Source: Aplysia californica
Lineage: Eukaryota
DNA length: 64,000 nt
Direction of reading: 5' to 3'
Assembly (NCBI RefSeq): GCF_000002075.1
Contig: NW_004797416.1
Location: 624,027 to 688,026 of the forward strand
The translations under genes and the position numbers were made by a program. How positions within the stretch are numbered: position 1 is the stretch's first letter; every line of letters starts with the position of its first letter. Positions 1 through 10,500 of this stretch are shown piece by piece. The notes under the pieces were generated by a model. It saw only the letters and a list, made by a program, of their open reading frames with translations. It was not told the origin of the DNA and searched no databases.

Positions 1-35
<35 letters not shown>

Positions 36-149
36 GTAATAATACTTCCATGGGCCTCCTAAACGTTCTGAAACGTTCTCAGCCTCACAGAAAGCATTTC
101 ATACAAGCTGCTATTTCAGAGGCATCTAAAAAAAACCAGCACAGTGGCA

Positions 150-400
150 GGTATCTATTCACACCTTGCGATCTTAGAATTGCAAAGCTATCTGCTCAGT
201 AGCCTACCTAGTTTTGAGAAATTAGACGCAACAAATTTTGAGTTTCACAACCTGTCAAGCTTTTTCGAATGTAGTTATTTGAATAGCTTTATACACTGTG
301 ACGACTGCGAACAATCTTACGCTGTTGATAGAGCCGATAATTATAACATTTAGTTTCTGACCTCATGGTCTTAGTAACTCAGCACGGCCAAAAATGTCAG
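150..400 (+). repeat. Dispersed ~230 bp repeat (reverse copies ~11615-11840, 45715-45930, 59465-59690)
   Basis: Shared ATCTGCTCAGTA, TTTGAGTTTCACA and TCATGGTCTTAGT blocks. Confidence 0.75.
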
Positions 401-1198
401 ATACAACTTTATACCTATGAGGTAACGGCCGGTGTGAATTGGAGAAATGTACGAAAAGTCGCTATTCCAACGACCCAAAGTTAAGCCAGGATTCGAACCT
501 GCGAGCATTCGGTTAAAATTCTGTCATTCTAACCACAAAACTGTTGATGCCACATTTTGCATTATATTTTTTTAACATGCATACTGTAGTAGTTTTTAGG
601 GAACCAAGCAACTATCGTGTGCTGTAAAAAGTATATCAAGCTAATGCTGCGCAGGAGTGGGAGTTGTTTACACTAAGCGGCTTTGTATGACATAACTTTA
701 ATAAATAGGATTTCAGACTCCCTGGAGACAGCAGACGCAATTTGATATTTCCGGAAAATCTCGTTTTGACTAATAATAAATAGCATTTATTGAAAAGAAG
801 TCATTCCTGTTCAATAGCAAGCCTTATATGCTTTATACAAATCGATATTGATGGAGAGACTTTAAAAAAGGCTGCTTCGTAAATGTGGAAAATATTATGA
901 TAAGTTTAAATTGACACAGAGATGTCAGGGCCACGAAGAGCTCATGAAGTAGCTAGCCATGGGGCCCAATAATATATTAAATGAAAGGATAAGACAGACG
1001 ACACTGTAAAGACGAGCCCACTAGGGAGCGGGACAGAGAGTGCCCACCTCTTGAGAGCAGAGGAATGTAGGACTAACATGATCTAAACAATTAACTAGCT
1101 ACTAACCAGTTGTTGTAACCATCTCCAGTTAGGGCTATCGCAACATTTAGACGTGTAACTTACAAATAAACATTGTAAGAGTGAGGTAACATATTTAT

Positions 1199-1218
1199 TT
1201 AGTTAGTTAGTTAGGTTT

Positions 1219-1259
<41 letters not shown>

Positions 1260-1266
1260 CAGTTAA

Positions 1267-1310
<44 letters not shown>

Positions 1311-1345
1311 ATAGTTAGTTAGTTAGTTAGATAGTTAGTTAGTTA
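1199..1345. repeat. (TTAG)n microsatellite
   Basis: Direct observation. Confidence 0.95.
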
Positions 1346-2238
1346 TAATATGTAAAATGTTCTCCTGTATGTTTACTCTAAGACAAACAGCTAATTTCAA
1401 AATAAAAAATGCTGCAAATGTTGTTGTTATTACTAAACACAAAAGCGCCAAATGATAGAATTGGGCAAGGACCACAGAAAAAAAGGACAAGAAATCATTG
1501 GGAGTATGTTCAGGAAAAGTTGGAATGTTTCTCAAAGATTTAGAGCTCTGATAATTTGGTGACACGAGGAAAACTAGATCTAGACGTTCTTTGACCAGGC
1601 GTCAATTTAAGTAAAATATACATTGTAAGGGGAGACTAGAACTAAAGTTTAAGAAAGTAACGACAGAATGCGGACAGGCAATGTTGAACTGATATTAAGA
1701 TTTATCACTTGGTAGACTCCCACCTCCAGATGGCGACAAGTCGGAGAAAGTAGCTCACGTCCAGATATACTGCTTTCATCCATCTGCATTTCTCAGTTTT
1801 CTTTTTCTTTTTTCTTTTTTTTTTCCTTTTTTCTTTTTTTTTCTTTTTTCTTTTTTTTGTGTTCATTTTTTAGTTGATCGATTGTCTACTAGTCGGTAGA
1901 CTACTCTTTAACAAACTGTCAAATTGAACACCAGCTTAGTGCGTGATTTTCATGTGACAAGGGTGAGAACTGAAACCAACACTCTTTTCCCTTTTTTGTA
2001 GATTCTCTTTCCACAGTCGACTCCTTAAAGGTTTTCTTCAGTACCAGTGATCTTACCAATAGGTATTATTTATTGCCATTTTAGGCGCAGAATATTGTTT
2101 TAGGTGCTAGAGCGCAAATGCTGACCTCTGTACATATAAACAGGTTTACTTTTCTCACCCCCTCCCCCTTCTGTGTCTGTCTGTCTGTCTCTGCCCCTGT
2201 CTCTGACTCTGTTCCCCCTTCTCCCCTTCTCCCTCTCT

Positions 2239-2279
<41 letters not shown>

Positions 2280-3027
2280 NNNNNNNNNNNNNNNNNNNNN
2301 NNNNNNNNNNNNNNNNNNNNNNNNNNNNNNNNNNNNNNNNNNNNNNNNNNNNNNNNNNNNNNNNNNNNNNNNNNNNNNNNNNNNNNNNNNNNNNNNNNNN
2401 NNNNNNNNNNNNNNNNNNNNNNNNNNNNNNNNNNNNNNNNNNNNNNNNNNNNNNNNNNNNNNNNNNNNNNNNNNNNNNNNNNNNNNNNNNNNNNNNNNNN
2501 NNNNNNNNNNNNNNNNNNNNNNNNNNNNNNNNNNNNNNNNNNNNNNNNNNNNNNNNNNNNNNNNNNNNNNNNNNNNNNNNNNNNNNNNNNNNNNNNNNNN
2601 NNNNNNNNNNNNNNNNNNNNNNNNNNNNNNNNNNNNNNNNNNNNNNNNNNNNNNNNNNNNNNNNNNNNNNNNNNNNNNNNNNNNNNNNNNNNNNNNNNNN
2701 NNNNNNNNNNNNNNNNNNNNNNNNNNNNNNNNNNNNNNNNNNNNNNNNNNNNNNNNNNNNNNNNNNNNNNNNNNNNNNNNNNNNNNNNNNNNNNNNNNNN
2801 NNNNNNNNNNNNNNNNNNNNNNNNNNNNNNNNNNNNNNNNNNNNNNNNNNNNNNNNNNNNNNNNNNNNNNNNNNNNNNNNNNNNNNNNNNNNNNNNNNNN
2901 NNNNNNNNNNNNNNNNNNNNTCTCTCTCTCTCTCTCTCTCTCTCTTCCTCTGACTCCTTGATTTTTCTGTTTGGCCTCTTTTTACTCCTTCATCTCTAAA
3001 ACATAATCTATGAAATAGCGATTTTAC

Positions 3028-3147
3028 CTCACAGCTCTTCTGCACCGACTCCCGGAATGCATCAATCTTCATCATGCTTTTTCCCATGCCGGGCCACTGA
3101 CAGCCCATGCCAGTAAACACAAACACGATGGGGCGACGAGTTGCAGC
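3028..3147 (-). CDS. Gene B exon 12, AT start ([18 protein letters not shown])
   Basis: 120 nt as in gene A. Confidence 0.93.
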
Positions 3148-4899
3148 CTGGATGTGTATGTGCATGGTATGGGGACAAAGAGAAATATATGACACTAAAT
3201 GAAAACCACGACAACCAAATCCTCTTTACTTTGCTTCAATAAAAGTAATGATCACAAAGTATCGTAATGCACATTGTGGAAGAATGATACTAATGATATT
3301 ATTAGTCATAGTGCCTGTACTACACACAAAACACAAAGGCTGAGTTCTTGAAGTTTAACAAGTGGGCAAAAAATATGCACCTCTCTCTCAAAACATGTTT
3401 TCAAAATTAAGGGAAACAAAACGATTGGATATTCCACTGCTGTCACACGTGCGGTACTATAATTGTGTCTTAATGAATGAATGGACACATAAGCAAAGAA
3501 GAAGGCCAGCATAAAATATATGTTTTCAGTGACAATGACACGTTTTGTTTTTACTCATTTAAGAAATCTTTTAGCCTTTAAGACTGATATAAATTTTGTG
3601 TTTACTCCAAAAGGCTAACAAAAAGACATTTAATTTTCATTGATAACCAGACCAGTACAGTCATAACTTTTGACAATTGCAAATTTGGATACATTACGAG
3701 ATATGTTTCACACACGAACGAACTAATTCTTGGATAATAGTGAATAAAGGAAAATCTTAAACTTAAAATTTTCAGGAGGGGGGGGGGGGGCATATTATAG
3801 TTGTATTTAATTGTTTACTTGGTCCCTGAGAAGAAGAGTGCACGCCGCCACAAGTCTACACTAGCCAGGAAGAATGGAGCCCCAAAATAAGGACAATCTT
3901 TCTAATTTATTGCCAGAGGTGCAAACTCAGATTAATAATGATAATAAAAATAACAATGGAGTGCATGTGTAAAGATTTAAAAGTCTCCACACAATACGAT
4001 CTGCACGCCAACAGCAGTTTTGTAATGCTGCTTTAGCTACCCATGACATTATGTCACCACCAAATTACCTTAATCTCTGTGACATTTTCAGGGGCGTTCA
4101 GGAGAGTAAATCCTCTATACAGCATCTTCTGAACTGGCTCATTGGCCGAGGACTGGAGCAAAGCTTGATAGTGGACATTGTCTGCATGTTTCTGCACCTC
4201 TGCACAAAGGAGGAGAGGCAAGAGACAACTATGTTAGTATGTACTGAAAGGCCCAACTGTGGTTTGTCCTGTTAGAAACTTTACTGAATAAACAGCTGGT
4301 CATAGTAATGTGGAAAGCTTTAAGCTATATCAAACAGAAGAGATGCATACATATGAGGTAGGAATCAACCTCTTCGTCTTTTGCTGAAAGCATTAAACTG
4401 AACACCCCGATTCCGATTGTTTTTGTTTTTCTTTTTCTACATTCCCTCAGTGAACCTCAGGGCAAAGCAAAACTTGTCTTTTCGCTCTGTTGTAGGTGTA
4501 GCTGTCATATCGGGGATGGACGTTAAATTCGCCCGTCTTTTAAACAACCTTACAGTGTTGAAAAGGGTGTGAACCTATGGCCTACAATGACCAATGTAGA
4601 GGTGAGAAAAACCACAGTGACACCAAGTTGCGAGTCCTGTTGCCAGTAATCGCAGGACAGCGTACGTTACTCTTATACCCACACCCTGGCGCAAAACGTG
4701 TTTCTACTTCAAGAGAATTGTTTAATTATATAAAGAATGAAGGTAAATCATGCCATTCGTATTTGAGAAAAAAATTGTTTAGAATGGCCTGCACATATTC
4801 AGCCTCAAAACGAGTCATACAAAGAATGAAACAAATGACATGAAATAAAACATAAATAGATAAATAGGATGAATAGATAATAAAACACAACAGAGGAGA

Positions 4900-4945
<46 letters not shown>

Positions 4946-7471
4946 GAGAGAGAGAGGGGGGAGAGAGGAGAGAGAGAGAGAGAGGCGTGGTGGGGGCAAA
5001 ACTCAAAATGCAGGGCTGTCCCTCACCATTGAAGATTTGCCTGAGACCATCCTCTGTGCGGGCACCGTATGTGAACAACCGGACAGCATTGCCTGAAGGA
5101 TGAATAGCGTTGTTGGGACGGTCATTTTTCCTGCAAAAGAAAATCAAAACATTTCACTTTATGTCAATGAGGAGTTTTCTTCTTTTTTCTTCACTTGCTT
5201 TAAAGCCCAGAAATCTGCTTACATGAGCCCACATGTTTGGGTTAGTGGGTGTGTCACTTACCTATGCACGTTGTTAGTGTTTTGGAGTGGAGGGGNNNNN
5301 NNNNNNNNNNNNNNNNNNNNNNNNNNNNNNNNNNNNNNNNNNNNNNNNNNNNNNNNNNNNNNNNNNNNNNNNNNNNNNNNNNNNNNNNNNNNNNNNNNNN
5401 NNNNNNNNNNNNNNNNNNNNNNNNNNNNCATTTAGTTGAGCACATTGTGAGAGTTGTGTTGGGTTTTGTCACTTAATTGAGCACATTGTGAGAGTTGGGA
5501 GGAAGGGGTCACTTATTTGAGCACACAAAGAGAAGGTCACCTTCAGAAGCACATAGTGGGAGTTGGGGTAGTTGGGTGTGTCATTGGATTGAGCGCACAG
5601 CGTGAGTTGAAAAAAAAGGGGTGGGGGGAGGGGGGTAGATCACATGCTTGAGCATACATTTTCAGTTGAAGTCGGTAAGATACTTACTTGAGAATAACGT
5701 GTGAGTTGGTCCCTCCAATGCCAAAGCCACTGATGCCACACACACGTCCAGTCCAGGGGGTCATTTCAGTGACCACTTTGAGGCGACCATCCAGCAGACC
5801 GGGAATTTCTCGGTTTGGTCTCTCAAAGTTCAAATTGGGAGGAATAACGCCTTCTTCCATGCCAAATACACATTTAACCAGTGCATTGAATCCTGAAAAA
5901 TCAAGAGAAAAGCCCTTAAAGTACTGACATGTCTCAAAAGGATAGCATCATCATCCAATAAAGATCACAAGACGTTTGAAAAATTACGGCGACTGAGACA
6001 AAAATACAACACTTGAATAAGCATGTTAGCTCTACATTCTACCAGCTTTTACAGTATTTACAAAGTGCACTGCCTTTCTCATTCGTTTTTCATACAACAT
6101 ACATGTTTGTCTTCTTTACAATCCTTTCACTTTTGTGAAAGTGTTGTATTAATGGAGTGTGGGTGGGTAATTTTTTTTACATTAATTTATGAATAGACAA
6201 AGTTCCCCTACTAGACAGGAAATAGTCAAATCATAGAGTAATTAATTTTCGTAATACTATGAAACAATTATCCCAGGAGAAATTGGTCGTTCTAAAATTG
6301 CCGGCTGTTATAAATTCGTGTAAGGTCCATGACTGCCACACTGCTACTAAAACAGCGATCTTCTTTTTCTCTATAAGAAATGAACCTGCTAAAAGGGGCG
6401 ACGTGTATATTTTAAAAAAACAATGAAATTAGTAAGATCATAGCGTGTAATCCATCTTTTTCGTCCTCGATTTCTAATAGTATCATTGCCCCATCCTCCC
6501 AGTCCGTATGTACGTACCAGCTGCTGCCTCGGCATGTCCCACGTTTGTTTTGATAGATCCCACCAAAAGTGGTGATTTCCTGCGTTTTCCACAGAACACA
6601 TTGGTGACCGCGTTGGCCTCAACAGTATCTCCGGCAGATGTGCCTGTTCCGTGGCATTCCACGTACTCCACCTGTGTAGACATTGCAGGGTAAGGACCAC
6701 ATTTCTGCACTGATGAATTATGGCAATAGCAACACTGACAACACAAAGACGAATCTGTCAGTATCAGGTTGACTGCTAACTGCTGGTAGGCATAAAGTGT
6801 AGATGACCCGTTACATGGGCAAGCCAGGGGATAAAACACATGCACATTTTAATGAGAGTGACTTTCCATACTGCAGAGAAGGTAAAAAAATGCAAAGTAA
6901 ACGTAGGATTCTACACATATCACCAAGCCAGTGAGAGTGATATACTGCATATGTCAACAAGTGATGGTATTGTTCTACATATCTCAACATGTGAAGGTGA
7001 CATTCTTCATATTTCACCAAGTGAGAGTGGTATTTTTCATATTTCACTAAGTGGAGGTGACATTCTACAAACTTCACCAAGTGAGAGTGACATTCTGCAT
7101 ACTTCACTAAATGATGGAGGTATTTGACATACTTCACGAAATGAGGGTGGCATTCTAGATACTCCTTTAGTTTTTTAAACGAATAGGTGAGGACAAAGGA
7201 GTGCAGCCACAGCATCCAATAAAAACATGAGATCAATTACAGACAGTAAAACAGTTTTAGATGCTTCACTGCGCGTCTAGTACAAGCCAAAATTTTTCTC
7301 AAACAGAGACTCGTAAAATCCACTTGAAAGAAATTAAGAAGATTGTCATGATTATTTATGACTGTCTCCCTCGAAGCTTCTTCTGTGCAGGTCCATCATT
7401 CAGCATTGGCACATGTCGCCATAACACCAACATCAACAGAACATGACTTCATGCCCGTTTGTTTTGGTGAG

Positions 7472-7532
<61 letters not shown>

Positions 7533-10500
7533 ACGTGTCTGAAACAATGTAAACCGTTTACTTGACTTCAAGAACAGATCACCGTGTCACTCACCACTTG
7601 GGGGTCAATCCCGCATTGCCTGTAGCACTCGTTGATGGTGTGCATCTGACCAATGACTGAGGGATGGTTGAAATCTGGAGGAAATATAAGATGGGCATAG
7701 TAACAGTTAAACACAAAAGGCTTTAAGCCGTTTTTCCACGGCGTGAATAATCAATATGTATAAACATTATGTGTCAAATACAAGCACATTTTCACTGAAT
7801 GGATTTAATCGCTTTTTTAAAAAAAAGGTATTTCAGTGAATGATAAAGACCTGCCGCGAACGCATAACGCAATTTTTTTTTAAAACTGGTCTAGAACTAC
7901 GCGCGAAGTACTCTGCGATCGATGCTTACTGTCTGCCCATATTCGACCTTGGCATCAGAAGATCCACAGGATCTGTCAGTCATCCTGAATCAATTCACAA
8001 TAGCCAATAAGAAGTCACGAATGGTTCGCAATGAACTGAGCTAACCAGTAGTCTGCAAATCAAGATCTGGAACAACTACAATTACTTACACTGTACAAGA
8101 GCCAATCAGATACCATGCAGACTACGCATTGCAGCTTATCAATATCAAACACATTACACACTGCAGCAAATCAGATGTTAAGAACACTACAAACTGCAGC
8201 CGTTTAGAACGGTGGTGATGGCAGAGCAATGTCTGTACTGATCGTCCCGTCTGTTTTGTAGTTGTGCTTCAATATAATTAACGAAAGCAGAAGAATTAGT
8301 TTGAGTACGCATATCGGCTCACCAAAGTCGCCGCTGTTTCCGTCACATGATTGGAAGCAGTGAGCAAGTTTGCAGTAGACTCTCCTCGCATCTTCCTCTT
8401 TTTGCAGCAGGACCGCACCCACCGCCTCACCACGACCAAATCCCTGAGCTGTGGAGAGACGGACAAACACCAATGCAAAAGACTAAAGGGCACTTTATGA
8501 TCAGCTGAACCAAACATTGGATGAGAGGTAAGAACAAGGTTGAGATGGATTCATTATTTTAGTCAACACTCATGTGAAAGAAAGAGAAAGAGAAAATGAG
8601 AGAGAGGGNNNNNNNNNNNNNNNNNNNNNNNNNNNNNNNNNNNNNNNNNNNNNNNNNNNNNNNNNNNNNNNNNNNNNNNNNNNNNNNNNNNNNNNNNNNN
8701 NNNNNNNNNNNNNNNNNNNNNNNNNNNNNNNNNNNNNNNNNNNNNNNNNNNNNNNNNNNNNNNNNNNCGTTGACTACAATTGTCAATTTTTCTTCTTCAT
8801 TCTCCTTCTAGATTTCACTGGAAGTCAGTTATCTGTGGGTCAAAAACAAACGGCAGCAACAAGGAAAGGACAACCCCCCCCCCCCCCAAGAAAGTAAAGG
8901 ATACCTACAAAAACTAGAGCAAGATTAATGATATGATACAATCGAACCTGCTCTAACAACCACCTGTCCAAGACAATCACCTGTTCAAATGACACCTTCC
9001 CACTTTTCCCTTGCGTTTCTATGTGATGATGACACCATTCAAGAGGACAATCTTTCTAAGATGACTACTTTTTTTCTCGACAATGGAAGGTCGTCTTACA
9101 CAGATTTGACTGTAATTACGACTAAAGCTGAATGTAGAGACCACTGACCTCTCTCATCGAAGGTGTAACACTTCGCGTCAGGACCAGCAGCGCCAAGCTC
9201 TATAAAGAGCAATGATGACATGGGGTTGCAGTGAAGCTGGCAACAGGCCACGATAGCGCTGTCGGCAACGCCCATGCGTATGTCCTTCATGGCCGTTTCC
9301 AGTGCAGCCAAGTACCCTGAACATGCTGTGTCTACACACACGCTAGGACCTGAGAAAAAACCGGTTTTTGACAGTTAGAAAATACAAGACTGGATCTCCA
9401 CCCCACCTTTGATCACAGCCCGTTAACTCTTTGGCAACGGGCATGTTGCTTGCTTGAAGACGCTCTGTTTTGGGTTTATTTTAAAATAGAAGCAAAACTT
9501 GATTAGTCATATTCAATTCCGTTTTCTTTATTTCAAAGTAAAAAAAGCAGGCTACATCTGCATACTATGAAATATGCAAACTTGTTGTTTTGATTAATGT
9601 ATGATGGTTTGAAATGTGCTGCAACATTGCTTTCGTCTGCAGATCGGAGATAATGCGTCCGCAGCGTCCCCCAAGAGCTACAACATATAGTCTGTCAGTT
9701 CGCTTTGATCAAGTTAATCAGATTCTATTAAAAGAATATTTTAAACATCTGTTAATACAGCATGCTCCAAAGTATATCAATTCATTTCTCCTATATCACG
9801 TTATTTTTTATACTTCTCCTGTTAACGCATGTATGTTATGCATTCTATTAATTTGAAGTAGTCCTCCCAATAGTTCTTTTAGTAACTTCCAAACAGCATG
9901 TCATAACAATTCACTTTCTCTAGCTCCGAAATAACAAAGCTTCTGAACCCACGGGAGAACGAACGGCTATAGAAATGTAACTTATTTTTATATAGTAGCA
10001 GTGAATACCTCTACTAAGCCTAGATTAATGAAAAAAAGCACTCTGATGATGAGACATAGATCTACCTCGAAGATCCATGGCGTAAGATATTCTGGAAGCT
10101 CTGAAGTTGTTGACCACGCCCATGCCCTTTTTAGCCTCACCGATGACCTCCAGTCCTTTGCTGAGCCAGTAACAGTTGGCGTCATAGGCCACACAGGGGA
10201 CATACACGCCCGTGTTGGTGCCTCGTATTTCCTGCATTGAGTAACCTGTAGGGGTGGAGGGGTGGGGAGCACAATCGGACAAATGAGCAGATGACTGATG
10301 CGCATCAAACAATCTCTATCTTTCTCTCTATCTCTCTCTTTATGGAAAGGTGGAACATGTTTGTTTGTAGCGTATCCCTGATGCAGGGTGAGAAAAGACA
10401 GTGATGATGATAAACAATAGGAGAATGGGTGGGGGGCAGCTCTAGTAGTCCTTTACTGTTATCTGACCTATAGACATAAACCAAGATTTAGAGAGTCCTT

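Noticed and set aside
1199-1345. Telomere-like array
   Set aside because: The unit is TTAG, not TTAGG or TTAGGG; an ordinary microsatellite.
2118-2999. Long ORFs spanning N runs and CT/GA/CA microsatellites (here and throughout)
   Set aside because: Artefacts of assembly gaps and simple repeats.
6811-7236. 141 aa His/Cys-repeat ORF as an independent gene
   Set aside because: Explained by a 30 bp intronic minisatellite.
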